A stretch of 64,000 nucleotides of DNA from contig JBFFGE010000001.1 in assembly GCA_041557595.1 (NCBI GenBank), forward strand, positions 934-64,933. The letters are read 5' to 3'. The stretch's first letter is position 1, and each line of letters opens with the position of its first letter. Position numbers and translations under genes: made by a program. Source of the DNA: Alphaproteobacteria bacterium (GTDB lineage: Bacteria > Pseudomonadota > Alphaproteobacteria > UBA8366). Of the stretch, positions 42,657 through 52,123 are shown one piece after another. Under the pieces are notes generated by a model. It saw nothing but the letters and a program-made list of their open reading frames with translations. It did not search any database and was not told the origin of the DNA.

Positions 42657-42756
42657 GCAAATCCCGAGCGAACCGAAACGGTTCGCGACGACGAATTTGC
42701 ATAAAAACAAAAAAGATCGACCGCTTCACCTGAGCCAAATTAGGCAAGAAATGGTC
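42657..42756 (+). repeat. intergenic repeat family 1, copy D
   Basis: GCAAATCCCGAGCGAACCGAAACGGTTCGCGACGACGAATTTGC plus a degenerate second hairpin. Lies between convergent stops. Confidence 0.85.
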
Positions 42757-42775
42757 GAGAGGTCTCCTTCGCGGA

Positions 42776-43639
42776 TCAGGCGTTTGCGGCCACCGCCTCC
42801 GGATAGGAAATCGTGGTGCGCTGCATCACCCGGCGGTAGCGCGTGCCGTCATAGGGCGTGGCCCGGTGCAGCACCGACCGGTTGTCCCAGACCACGATAT
42901 CGCCTTCGCGCCAATCGTGGCGGTATTGGTGCTCGGGCCGGGCCGCCCTTTCGAGCAGATCGTCCAGCAGCGCCGTACTCTTTTTCTGGGACCAGCCGAC
43001 GATGCGCGCCGCATGCGCACCGATTAGCAGGGATTTCTGGCCGGTCACGGGATTGACCTGCACCAGCGGGTGGCGCACCGGCGGCGTTTCCGCGGCCTCC
43101 TTTTCGGTGAACTCGAATCCCACGCGCCGCCGCGAATAGATCAAATCGTGCTCGACGGTCAGCCCTTCGAGTTCACGCTGCATCGCTTCCGGCAGGCTCT
43201 CCCAGGCGGCCCGCGTCGAGGCGAATTCGGTGGCGCCCCCTTCCGGCGGCACCTCGCGGGCGGTCAGGATGGAACACAGCGACGGAATCGCCTTGAACGT
43301 GCTATCCGCATGCCACTGCATGTTGCCCTTCTGGTAATCCATGCGCCGATCGTCCGGCGGGATCACCGCGCCGGTCTTGATGTCCACATTGGATTGCCGC
43401 GCGAAGGGCGTGCCGCCGGCGGGATTGGCGCCGATCGTCCGTTCCAGCGGACCGAAGCGTTCGCTGAAGGCGATTTGCCGCTCGTCGGTCATCGGCTGAT
43501 CGGGCAGGACCAGCACGGAATGCGTTTCGAACGCAGCTCTGATTTGCGCAAATTCAGCGTCACTTACGCCTTCCGCCAGATTAAACCCGGTCAATCGGGC
43601 GGCGAAGACCGGGGTCAGCGGCGTAACCTGCAAAGACAT
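42776..43639 (-). CDS. TauD/TfdA-family Fe(II)/2-oxoglutarate dioxygenase (paralogue 3)
   Basis: ORF trimmed to MSLQVTPL. WHADSTF (HxD), NRSVLHRAT. Confidence 0.85.
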   Translation of the reverse strand: MSLQVTPLTPVFAARLTGFNLAEGVSDAEFAQIRAAFETHSVLVLPDQPMTDERQIAFSERFGPLERTIGANPAGGTPFARQSNVDIKTGAVIPPDDRRMDYQKGNMQWHADSTFKAIPSLCSILTAREVPPEGGATEFASTRAAWESLPEAMQRELEGLTVEHDLIYSRRRVGFEFTEKEAAETPPVRHPLVQVNPVTGQKSLLIGAHAARIVGWSQKKSTALLDDLLERAARPEHQYRHDWREGDIVVWDNRSVLHRATPYDGTRYRRVMQRTTISYPEAVAANA

Positions 43640-43710
43640 GGCGGCGTCCCTCCTCAAACAACCGGATGCGATGCCGACAGTCTAGCGTGGCCCTGCCGCT
43701 TGGCGAAGGG

Positions 43711-44103
43711 TCAGGCGGTCTCGCCGGGATAATTCGACACCTCGACCAGATTGTCATCCGGATCGCGAAAATAAACCGACGTGATCGGCCCGAGCGCGCC
43801 TGACCGGGTATCCGGTCCCATGATGATTTCCACCCCTTCGGCGCCGAGGTGTTCGATCACCGCGTCGATCGGCGTTTCCGTGATCATGCAGAAATCCGCG
43901 CCGCCGACCGACGGGTGCGCCGCGATCAGCCCGGGCTTGTTGTCCACCGGATGCAAATTGATCTTGTGCTGACCGAACCGCAGTGCGGTCCGGCCTTCGC
44001 CAAACTTCAGCACCTCCATGCCGAGAACCCGGGTATAGAAATCGCAGGTCGCGTCGATATCGGACACGGTCATGACGAAATGATCGATGCGCGCAATCTT
44101 CAT
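43711..44103 (-). CDS. VOC (glyoxalase/bleomycin-resistance/dioxygenase) family protein
   Basis: 130 aa with IDHFVMTV and the VOC fold pattern. ATGA overlap with the rfbB stop. Confidence 0.8.
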   Translation of the reverse strand: MKIARIDHFVMTVSDIDATCDFYTRVLGMEVLKFGEGRTALRFGQHKINLHPVDNKPGLIAAHPSVGGADFCMITETPIDAVIEHLGAEGVEIIMGPDTRSGALGPITSVYFRDPDDNLVEVSNYPGETA

Positions 44104-45158
44104 GGCACTACTCCCTGTCGCTCGCCACTATACACTTCGCGGCGAATCGGTTCCCACCAGTCTCGGCGGTCAATATACCACTGCACGGTATCCCGCAGCC
44201 CGGCGTCGAAATTGCGCCGCGCCCGCCATCCGAGTTCCGCCGCCAATTTCGCGGCATCCACCGCATAGCGGACGTCATGGCCGGGCCGGTCCTCGACGAA
44301 GGCGATCAGCGACGCATGCGGAAAATGCGGCGACGACGCCCGCATCGCGTCGAGACAGGCGCAGATCGCGTGCACCAGATCGACATTCCGCAGCACCGTG
44401 CCGCCGCCGACATTGTAGACCTCGCCCGGCGTGCCTTGCGTCAGGATGCGGTGCAACGCTTCGGCATGATCCTCCACATGCAGCCAATCGCGCTCCTGCA
44501 GGCCATCGCCGTAGATCGGCATCGACTGGCCGTCCAGCGCGGCCAGAATCATTGTCGGTATGACTTTTTCGGGAAACTGATAGGGGCCGTAATTGTTGCA
44601 GCAATTGCTCGTCACGACCGGCAGCCCATAGGTACGAAACCAGGCCCGCGCCAGATGATCCGCCCCGGCCTTGGTCGCCGCATAGGGCGAATTGGGGCGA
44701 TACGGCGCGCGCTCATCGGCCACCGCACCGCCCGCGCCGAGATCGCCGTAGACTTCGTCCGTCGAGACGTGCAGAAACCGGAAACCATCCCGCCGCGCCG
44801 GCGGCAATCCGCCATAATAGGCCCGCGCCGCTTCGAGCAGCGTATAGGTGCCGACGAGATTGGTTTGCACGAAATCCGCCGGCCCGTCGATCGAACGATC
44901 GACATGCGATTCCGCGGCCAGATGCATCACGGCATCCGGCGCGTGGCGGTCGAAGATCCGCGCCACCACCGCCGCGTCGCAGATATCCGCATGTTCGAAG
45001 GCATGCCGGGGCGACTCCATGACATCGGCGAGCGACTGGCGCCGCCCGGCATAGGTCAACTTGTCCAGCGTCACCACCGACGCCTGCGCATCCTGCACGA
45101 GATGGCGCACCACCGCCGATCCGATGAATCCCGCGCCCCCGGTAACGAGAATCTTCAT
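44100..45158 (-). CDS. rfbB: dTDP-glucose 4,6-dehydratase
   Basis: ORF trimmed to [29 protein letters not shown] (YxxxK), [14 protein letters not shown]. Confidence 0.9.
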   Translation of the reverse strand: MKILVTGGAGFIGSAVVRHLVQDAQASVVTLDKLTYAGRRQSLADVMESPRHAFEHADICDAAVVARIFDRHAPDAVMHLAAESHVDRSIDGPADFVQTNLVGTYTLLEAARAYYGGLPPARRDGFRFLHVSTDEVYGDLGAGGAVADERAPYRPNSPYAATKAGADHLARAWFRTYGLPVVTSNCCNNYGPYQFPEKVIPTMILAALDGQSMPIYGDGLQERDWLHVEDHAEALHRILTQGTPGEVYNVGGGTVLRNVDLVHAICACLDAMRASSPHFPHASLIAFVEDRPGHDVRYAVDAAKLAAELGWRARRNFDAGLRDTVQWYIDRRDWWEPIRREVYSGERQGVVP

Positions 45159-45357
45159 CCCACCTGCATCGGCCATCCCGCGCCGGGGGTCAAGAGCGAA
45201 ACGCGGCCCGGGCAGGCCCCCGCCTATTGTCATCCCGGCATCGAGCGGGCACGATTTGCCGGCATGGCGAAACCGCCACGCACACTCCAACCGTGCACTC
45301 ACAACGCATTCGAAACCCGCCTTCCGGCGGCGGACATCCCGAGAGCCGCAAAATGCC

Positions 45358-46596
45358 ATGTTGAAATTCGATCCGGACAAGAAAGGCCCGCTGGACGGTC
45401 TGCGCATTCTGGACCTGTCGCGTCTGGTCGCCGGCAATATGCTGTCCTTGCAACTCGCGGATTTCGGCGCCGAGGTCATCAAGATCGAAACGCCGCCGCG
45501 CGGCGATCCCCTGCGCGACTGGGCGGCGGACGGCGTTCAATTGCATTGGAAGGTCTATTGCCGCAACAAGAAGAGCATCGGCCTGAATCTGCGCGAGGCG
45601 GAGGGCCGCGACGTGCTGCTGCGGCTGATCGAGACCGCCGACGGCATGATCGAGAACTTCCGGCCCGGCACGCTGGAAAAAATGGGCCTGGGTCCCGATG
45701 TCCTGCTGAAACGCAACCCGCGCCTGGTGCTGGCGCGGCTGTCCGGTTTCGGTCAAACCGGCCCCTATCGCCACAAGCCGGGATTCGGCACGCTGGTCGA
45801 GGGCATGTCCGGTTTTGCCGCGCGCAACGGCTTTCCGGACCGGCCGCCCTTGCTGCCGCCGCTCGCGCTCGCCGATATGATCGCCGGCCTGTCCGGCGCG
45901 ATGTCGGTCGTGATCGCCTTCTATCACCGGGACCTGAAGGGCGGCAGCGGGCAGGTGATCGACCTGTCGCTGCTCGAGCCGATCCATTCTGTGCTCGGCC
46001 CGGAAGCCGCCAATTATCGGCTGACCGGCGAAATCAAGCCGCGCGTGGGCAACGGTTCGAATACCGCATCGCCACGCAACGTCTATGTCACCAGCGACGG
46101 CAAGTTCGTCGCCATTTCCGCCTCGATGCAGGTGATGGCAGAGCGTTTGCTGCGGGCGATCGGCGCCGGCGACATGCTGGACGATCCGCGCTATGCGACC
46201 AACGCGGCCCGGGTCCGGCACCGTGACGAAGTCGATGCGGTCGTCGGCGGCTGGATCGCGCAGCGCACGCTGGTCGACGCGCTCGCCTTTTTCGAGAAGG
46301 AGAGCGTGACCGCCGCGCCGATCTACGATCCGAGCCAGACGGCGGAGGACCCGCATTTCAAGGAACGGCAAATCATCATCGATGTCGAAGACGCGGAGCT
46401 CGGCGAAATTCCGATGCACAACGTGGTGCCGAAACTATCCGGCACGCCGGGCACCTTCCGGCACCCGGCGCCGCATATCGGCGAACACAATGAAAGCTTC
46501 TTGACGGAAATCGGCCTCGATGCCGACGCAATCGATGCCCTGGCGGGCAAGGGCGTCGTGTGGAGCCACGACAATCGAAAGGACCAAAAGACATGA
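45358..46596 (+). CDS. family III (CaiB/BaiF) CoA-transferase
   Basis: ORF trimmed to [38 protein letters not shown]. Confidence 0.9.
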   Translation: MLKFDPDKKGPLDGLRILDLSRLVAGNMLSLQLADFGAEVIKIETPPRGDPLRDWAADGVQLHWKVYCRNKKSIGLNLREAEGRDVLLRLIETADGMIENFRPGTLEKMGLGPDVLLKRNPRLVLARLSGFGQTGPYRHKPGFGTLVEGMSGFAARNGFPDRPPLLPPLALADMIAGLSGAMSVVIAFYHRDLKGGSGQVIDLSLLEPIHSVLGPEAANYRLTGEIKPRVGNGSNTASPRNVYVTSDGKFVAISASMQVMAERLLRAIGAGDMLDDPRYATNAARVRHRDEVDAVVGGWIAQRTLVDALAFFEKESVTAAPIYDPSQTAEDPHFKERQIIIDVEDAELGEIPMHNVVPKLSGTPGTFRHPAPHIGEHNESFLTEIGLDADAIDALAGKGVVWSHDNRKDQKT

Positions 46597-47501
46597 CGAC
46601 ACCCTCGCAACAGGCACGGCCGGTATGGCGCTCGCTGATGTTCGTTCCCGTGAATGTGGAACGCTTCGTCGCCAAGGCGCATACCCGCGGCGCCGACGCC
46701 GTCCAGCTCGACCTGGAAGACAGCGTGCCGCTGGCCGACAAGGCGACCGCGCGGAACATGGTGCAGGACGCCGCCAAGACCGTGTCGCAGGCCGGCGCCG
46801 ACGTGGTGGTGCGCATCAACCAGCCGCTGCGTCTGGCCATCCCGGACCTGGAAGCCTCGGTCTCGCCGCTGGTGCAGGCGATCACGCTGCCGAAAGTGGA
46901 CAGCGCCAGCCATATCCGCCTGCTCGCCGAAATGGTTGACGAGCTGGAGGCGGAGCGCGGCATGACGCCGGGCCATACCCTGTTCATCGCCCTGGTGGAA
47001 ACGGCGGACGCATTTTTCCGGCTGGAGGAGATCGGCAAATCGCATCCGCGCCTGGTCGCCATGGGGTTGGGCGGCGAGGATTTCGCCACCGCGCTCGGCA
47101 TGGAGCCGGAGCCGGACGCCATGCAATACCCGAAACAGCAAACCATCATTGCCGCGCGCGCGGCCGGCATCATCCCGCTCGGCATTATCGGAACGGTGGC
47201 CGACTATTCCGACACCGAGAAGATGCGCGCGATCATCCGCAAGTCGCGGCGCTTCGGGTTCGAGGGGTCGTCCTGCATCCATCCCAGCATCGTGCCGATC
47301 CTGAACGAGGAGTTCCGGCCCAGCGAAAAGGAGGTCTCCGGCGCGCAGCGGATCATCCAGGCGTTCGACGCCGCCATCGCCGACGGCCGCGCCTCGCTGG
47401 AAGTGGACGGCAAGATGATCGACTACCCGATCGTCTACCGCGCGCAACGGGTCCTTGAACTCGATACGGCGATCCGCCAGCGTGAGGCGCGGAACCGGTG
47501 A
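46593..47501 (+). CDS. HpcH/HpaI aldolase / citrate-lyase beta-subunit-like (CitE-like acyl-CoA lyase), copy 1
   Basis: WRSLMFVPVNVERFVAKAH, DAVQLDLEDSV, GGEDF. ATGA overlap with the CoA-transferase gene. Confidence 0.85.
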   Translation: MTTPSQQARPVWRSLMFVPVNVERFVAKAHTRGADAVQLDLEDSVPLADKATARNMVQDAAKTVSQAGADVVVRINQPLRLAIPDLEASVSPLVQAITLPKVDSASHIRLLAEMVDELEAERGMTPGHTLFIALVETADAFFRLEEIGKSHPRLVAMGLGGEDFATALGMEPEPDAMQYPKQQTIIAARAAGIIPLGIIGTVADYSDTEKMRAIIRKSRRFGFEGSSCIHPSIVPILNEEFRPSEKEVSGAQRIIQAFDAAIADGRASLEVDGKMIDYPIVYRAQRVLELDTAIRQREARNR

Positions 47502-47520
47502 CGAACGGATCGTCTCGCCG

Positions 47521-48429
47521 ATGACCGCCCCGAGGACGGGACCCGTCTGGCGGTCGCTGCTCTACGTGCCGGTCAATGTCGAGCGGTATGTCGCCAAGGC
47601 ACATACCCGCGGCGCCGACGCGGTCATTCTGGATCTCGAGGACAGCGTGCCGCTGGCCGCCAAGCGCGAAGCGCGCGGGATGGTGCAGGAAGCGGCGGGG
47701 CGCGTCTCGCGCGACGGCGCGGATGTCGTGGTCCGGATCAACCGGCCTTTGCAGCATGCGGTGCCCGACATCGAAGCCTGCATCTCGACCGCCATCTCCA
47801 CCCTGTGGATTGCGAAGACCGCGAGCGCCAGCCATATCCGGCTGATCGCCGAATTGGTGGACGAGCTGGAAGCCGAGCGCGGCATCCCCTTGGGTCATAC
47901 GCGGCTGATCGCCCAGATCGAGACAGCGGACGCGTTCCACGCCATGCGCGAAACCGCGGCCGCCCACCACCGCATCGTCGCCATGGGGCTGGGCAGCGAG
48001 GATTTTGCATTGTCGCTCGGCATGGAGCCGCGGCCCGACGCCTTCCGGACGCCGAAGCAGGAAGCCCTGATCGCCGCGCGCGCCGCCAAGGTCACACCGT
48101 TGGGGCTGATCGGCTCGGTAGCGGATTTCTCGGACCTCACCGAAATGCGGCGAATTCTGGAGACGTCCCAACGCTTCGGCTTCGAAGGCGCGGCCTGCAT
48201 CCACCCCGCGGTCGTGCCGATCCTGAACGAGGTGTTCAGCCCGACCGAGCCCGAGGTCGCCGCCGCCAAGCGCATCGTCGACGCCTTCGAGGCCGCCGTC
48301 GCCGACGGCCGCGCCTCGCTGGAAGTGGACGGCAAGATGATCGACTACCCGGTCGTCGCCCGCGCCGAACAAGTGATCGCGCGCGACGAAGCGATCCGCC
48401 GGCGCGCCGCGCACACGGCCAAACTTTAA
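47521..48429 (+). CDS. CitE-like acyl-CoA lyase, copy 2 (tandem paralogue)
   Basis: WRSLLYVPVNVERYVAKAH, DAVILDLEDSV, GSEDF. Collinear with copy 1, including the shared C-terminus ADGRASLEVDGKMIDYP. Confidence 0.85.
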   Translation: MTAPRTGPVWRSLLYVPVNVERYVAKAHTRGADAVILDLEDSVPLAAKREARGMVQEAAGRVSRDGADVVVRINRPLQHAVPDIEACISTAISTLWIAKTASASHIRLIAELVDELEAERGIPLGHTRLIAQIETADAFHAMRETAAAHHRIVAMGLGSEDFALSLGMEPRPDAFRTPKQEALIAARAAKVTPLGLIGSVADFSDLTEMRRILETSQRFGFEGAACIHPAVVPILNEVFSPTEPEVAAAKRIVDAFEAAVADGRASLEVDGKMIDYPVVARAEQVIARDEAIRRRAAHTAKL

Positions 48430-48439
48430 GCGAGGGAAC

Positions 48440-49090
48440 ATGGACGATCCGGTACAAAGACACCCGACGCGGGCGGAACAGCTCGACATTCTGGCGACCG
48501 TCGTGGCCGACAATTTTACGGCGGATGATCGCCTGCTCGATCTCGGCGTGGGCGTCGGATACGTCGCCCACCTGATCTTCGCAAAGCAGCCCGCCACTAC
48601 GATTATCGGCGTGGACCGCAAGTCGGACGCGTTGTCCAGCGCACAAGAATCGTTCCCGAATTTCGACCTCACCTGCATCGAGGGCGACCTGGAGGCGATT
48701 GCGGACATCGCGATCCCGGCCGGCCCCTACAAGGCGATCTACAGCGCGCTCACCTTTCACGATCTGACCGATGCGGCAAAACAGTCGGTCATCGGATGGG
48801 CCGCGGCGCATTTGGCGCCGGGCGGGTTCTTCCTGCTGTACGACCGGCTGCGCATGACCGATGCGGCGCTGTTTCCGCTGCAGCAAAGCATCTGGGCGCG
48901 GATCGAGAAGGAATACGGTACGGGCATGCGGTCGGCGCCCGACTACGCGGCCTACCTGACCGATCTCGGCACCGACAACCGGCCGGCCGGTCTCGACGAC
49001 TACCAAAAATGGTTTGCCGAGGCGGGGCTGGCCTTTCAGATCCTTCATCTGCACGGCAATATCGCCCTGATGGCTGGTGGCAATCGGTAA
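48440..49090 (+). CDS. class I SAM-dependent methyltransferase
   Basis: LLDLGVGVGY motif I, 216 aa. Confidence 0.75.
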   Translation: MDDPVQRHPTRAEQLDILATVVADNFTADDRLLDLGVGVGYVAHLIFAKQPATTIIGVDRKSDALSSAQESFPNFDLTCIEGDLEAIADIAIPAGPYKAIYSALTFHDLTDAAKQSVIGWAAAHLAPGGFFLLYDRLRMTDAALFPLQQSIWARIEKEYGTGMRSAPDYAAYLTDLGTDNRPAGLDDYQKWFAEAGLAFQILHLHGNIALMAGGNR

Positions 49091-49138
49091 AGTCCCGCAT
49101 ACTTAACGTCGATTCCATCAGCGAAAGGATCCCGACCC

Positions 49139-49552
49139 ATGGCCGACCGTCCGAAGCCGTTCAACGGCATCCGCCACATCGCCCTCGAAGTACCGAATTT
49201 GGAGGAATGCGAGCGGTTCTATACCGACATCATGGGCATGAAAATGCTCAGCCGTCCGCACGAGAATTTGGTCTATCTGACGTGCGGCAACGACAATCTG
49301 TCACTGTCCCGCGCCAAATCGGCGACCGAAGACGGCGGTTGCATGGACCATTTCGGCTTCATCGTCGATACGAAGGAAGAGCTTGAGGACTGGTTCGCCT
49401 TCATGAAGGCCCGATCCGTCCCTCTGCTCGACACGCCGACCGATCATGGCGACGGTGCGCGCAGCTTTCATTGCAAGGATCCGGCGGGCAACGTTATCCA
49501 GCCGCTGTTCCACCCGGCCATTTCCGGCCAGCGGTTCACACCGGCCGGCTAG
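49139..49552 (+). CDS. VOC-family protein
   Basis: 137 aa with IRHIALEVPN and HFGF. Confidence 0.8.
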   Translation: MADRPKPFNGIRHIALEVPNLEECERFYTDIMGMKMLSRPHENLVYLTCGNDNLSLSRAKSATEDGGCMDHFGFIVDTKEELEDWFAFMKARSVPLLDTPTDHGDGARSFHCKDPAGNVIQPLFHPAISGQRFTPAG

Positions 49553-49655
49553 ATCAACCTGCCTTTGATTGGAATCAATTAAAGGCAGAAAAGCTGATCG
49601 ATTCTACAAAGATAGAGCAAATCACGTGCGCCCAGATGGGCGCACGCTGCTCTCG
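49549..49655 (-). repeat. intergenic repeat family 2, copy 2 (full length, inverted)
   Basis: Its reverse complement aligns along the full length of 25931..26037 with scattered substitutions. It overlaps the VOC stop codon and ends 15 nt from the TauD paralogue 4 stop. Confidence 0.85.
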
Positions 49656-49669
49656 TCGGGCGGCGCTGG

Positions 49670-50503
49670 CTAGAACGGCACCTCGCCTTCCAGAATGATG
49701 CGGTGCATGACGCGGCCCGCCGCATGATCGTAATCGTCATAGGCGAGATGGAGCACGGCGCGGTTGTCGCATAGCAGCACGTCGCCGACCCGCCATTTGT
49801 GGCGATAGGTCACCGCCGGCTTGATCGTCTTGTCCAGAATATCGTTCAAGAATTTCTGACTTTCCGCCCAATCCATATTACCGACCCGGTCGGTCTTGCC
49901 CGGATGGAAATACAGCGCCTTCTTTCCGCTATCCGGATGTGTCCGCACCAGCGGATGGATTTGCGGCGCGCCGAACTTCTTCCGGTCTTCCGCGCTGACA
50001 TAGTCATGGTCTTCGATCTTGTTGACCGTCTTCAGGGTCGCCAATTCATCCTGCTCCGCCTTCGGCAAGGCGGCATAGGCGGCCTGCATGTTGGCGAAGC
50101 CCGTGTCCCCACCGGATTTCGGCAGCGATACGGCATACAGCACGGTAGTCTTCGGCGGCCGCGCGTGATTGGTATGATCGGTGTGCCAAGCCCGCGAGCC
50201 GGTCGCCGCCTTGATCCCATCCGGTCCGGCGATGGTCTTGCGGCTGTCGAGCACGGCGATTTCCGGATGGTCGTCCATCAGCATGTCGGAGAGATGCTGC
50301 GGCATCGTATCGCCGAATAATCGGGCGGCGGCGAGGTACTGTTCCGGGTTCAGTTTCTGGTCCCGCACCACCATCACCAGATGATCCGCTTGGGCGCGCT
50401 TCATCGCGGCAAGGTCGTCCGGGTCGACCGGACGCGACAGGTCGACGCCGGTCACCTCGACGCCCAACGCATCCGACAACGGTTTAATCGATACTGTCAC
50501 CAT
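49670..50503 (-). CDS. TauD/TfdA-family Fe(II)/2-oxoglutarate dioxygenase (paralogue 4)
   Basis: GVEVTGVDLS, WHTDHTN (HxD), NRAVLHLA. GGAGG ribosome-binding site. Confidence 0.85.
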   Translation of the reverse strand: MVTVSIKPLSDALGVEVTGVDLSRPVDPDDLAAMKRAQADHLVMVVRDQKLNPEQYLAAARLFGDTMPQHLSDMLMDDHPEIAVLDSRKTIAGPDGIKAATGSRAWHTDHTNHARPPKTTVLYAVSLPKSGGDTGFANMQAAYAALPKAEQDELATLKTVNKIEDHDYVSAEDRKKFGAPQIHPLVRTHPDSGKKALYFHPGKTDRVGNMDWAESQKFLNDILDKTIKPAVTYRHKWRVGDVLLCDNRAVLHLAYDDYDHAAGRVMHRIILEGEVPF

Positions 50504-50573
50504 AGCCTCCTAACCGGCCCCATTCCGAACCGCATCCAACGTGAACGCCAACAATAGTTAAATGAGCGGGTCA

Positions 50574-51920
50574 TTACCACTCGATGCGTTCGTAAATTTG
50601 GCGGAGCCGACGGCCGCATCCGGGATTCACGTTCTCGGCCCAGGTGACGCGGCCATTGAGATGCGCCCGGAAATCGGCGTGTCCGTTCCGGTTTTGGCTC
50701 TCCGGGCCATGTCGGCGGCAGTTGAACAAAGTCGTCTTGAGCGTGTCGAAATCGGCCCGGGGCAGATTGACATGTTCGTTGACGACCAATCCGGTGACGC
50801 GCTGACACCCGCTGCGCCGCATAATACGTGTCTTGCCGCCATTCAGGGCATAGCCCTCGTCGCGGACAATGGCCTCGACGGAGGCCAGAAACCGCCTTAT
50901 TCGCAGGGCAAAGTCGCGGTCGCCGGAAAACGTCAGGTCATCCGCATAGCGCGTGTAATTGGCGTTCAGGCGGCGCGCGAGGCCACCTATCCTGCTGTCG
51001 AGCCGCCACGAACATAGATTGGCGAGGGCCGGCGACGTCGGCGCGCCCTGCGGCAAATGCGGCGCCTGAAACCGATCGCGCGCCGCCCAGGCAGCTTGCC
51101 GGGACACCGGCAGATCGTCGAATGCCGCATCCGGCGTGGCGGTCGCGCACAGACCGGTCAAGAGGCGCGCGACAGGCCACGGGTATCCGGCACATCGAAA
51201 GACCCCGTGCACCCGATTGAGCGGCGTGTTCAGGAAATTGAGCGGCGTGTTCAGGAAATAGTCCTTCAAATCGACGGTTGCGACGATGCTTTCGCCCGCA
51301 TGCGCCTGGGCGGCGCTGAGGCAGGACTGTCCCCGAACGAAGCCATGGGCGCGTTCATGCGCGGGAATATGGTTCAAGATTTCATCGAGAATTTTCCGCT
51401 GAATAGCCTTTAACCGACACTTCGGCGCTTCGATCAAACGCGGCTCGCCGGATTTCTTCGGCCGCCAGACATAGGCGTAATGCTGCAAGCTCGGATCGGT
51501 CGCATGGCCATGTTGCCGCTTCCCGTCCGCATACCATTCGAGATGCGGCAAGGATACGTCCAGCCAGGCCGCGAGATCGCGCGGCGTGACAAGTTTCGGC
51601 AGAGGCGCGTGACATTCGGGCAGGACCAGCGCGAATCCAGGCGATCGCAGCGTCGGCTGGACGATGCGCACACCCTGTCGGGCCGGGAGCGAGGCTTGTT
51701 CGAACGCCAGGGAACCGAGAATGAGCTCGACCAGGCGGCGCGGCGGCGGCGGATAGGGCGTGACGTTCCCGTCCAGGACGTCGTCGATAACCGCGCGCAG
51801 CGGCTTCCGCAAACCGCGGCCCAGCGCGTTTTCCGCGCGACGCAGCATGGCGCCCTTTGTCCAGACGCCGGCCAGGAGCGCCTCGGCCAAACGCTTGGCG
51901 ATCTGCTTTCTCCCGGCCAT
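50574..51920 (-). CDS. retron-type reverse transcriptase (RNA-directed DNA polymerase)
   Basis: In order: GFVRGQS, AAQAH (in place of NAxxH), VDLKDYF, LPQGAPTSPALANL, RYADDLTFS (YADD at 50937..50948), QRVTGLVVN (VTG). ATG 51920 has GAGG 8 nt upstream (the track start at 51929 is GTG). Confidence 0.85.
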   Translation of the reverse strand: MAGRKQIAKRLAEALLAGVWTKGAMLRRAENALGRGLRKPLRAVIDDVLDGNVTPYPPPPRRLVELILGSLAFEQASLPARQGVRIVQPTLRSPGFALVLPECHAPLPKLVTPRDLAAWLDVSLPHLEWYADGKRQHGHATDPSLQHYAYVWRPKKSGEPRLIEAPKCRLKAIQRKILDEILNHIPAHERAHGFVRGQSCLSAAQAHAGESIVATVDLKDYFLNTPLNFLNTPLNRVHGVFRCAGYPWPVARLLTGLCATATPDAAFDDLPVSRQAAWAARDRFQAPHLPQGAPTSPALANLCSWRLDSRIGGLARRLNANYTRYADDLTFSGDRDFALRIRRFLASVEAIVRDEGYALNGGKTRIMRRSGCQRVTGLVVNEHVNLPRADFDTLKTTLFNCRRHGPESQNRNGHADFRAHLNGRVTWAENVNPGCGRRLRQIYERIEW

Positions 51921-51966
51921 TCGCTTCACCTCGACGATTGCAATGAGAGGCGGCGGAGCGCTTCAA

Positions 51967-52120
51967 CCCGACGTGTCAGGCATTACCATCCCTGGGTGCA
52001 GCCCAGGGGCGGTCATACAGTGCAATACTGTATCGCGTTACTGCCCTGGGGTAGTCCCAGAGCTCCCGGGATACACCGAAGTGACAACCCAGGATTGCTT
52101 GAAACGTCCGCCACGCCGGA
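51967..52120 (-). ncRNA. candidate retron msr-msd non-coding RNA (hand-predicted, unverified)
   Basis: Imperfect terminal inverted repeat: UCCGGCGUGGCGG (52120..52108) pairs with CCUGACACGUCGGG (51980..51967), giving 9 Watson-Crick pairs, 3 G-U pairs and 1 mismatch. It encloses a 69-nt nested hairpin (51992..52060). It ends 37 nt before the GTG at 51929 (46 nt before ATG 51920). Confidence 0.35.
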
Positions 52121-52123
52121 TCG

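Noticed and set aside
45159-45357. GTCATCCCGGCATCGAGCGGGCACGATTTGCCGGCATGG in the rfbB/CoA-transferase intergenic region, considered as a fourth-type or family 3 repeat copy
   Set aside because: Only the first 8 nt or so resemble family 3. The conserved GCGGGAATGAC terminus is absent. It is more likely just a divergent promoter region with a short CCGGCA/TGCCGG inverted repeat.
44277-46226. 649-aa plus-strand ORF across rfbB and the CoA-transferase gene
   Set aside because: It is antisense to rfbB and out of frame with the CoA-transferase. The sequence is Arg/Pro/Ala-rich with no recognisable domain.
50574-51920. Alternative identities for the RT: diversity-generating retroelement or group II intron maturase
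   Set aside because: Motif 4 is QGxxxSP (retron/group II type), not the DGR-type variant. I saw no template/variable repeat pair nearby, although I could not search exhaustively by eye. There is no maturase X or endonuclease domain and no room for ribozyme domains. The VTG thumb motif favours a retron-type RT.
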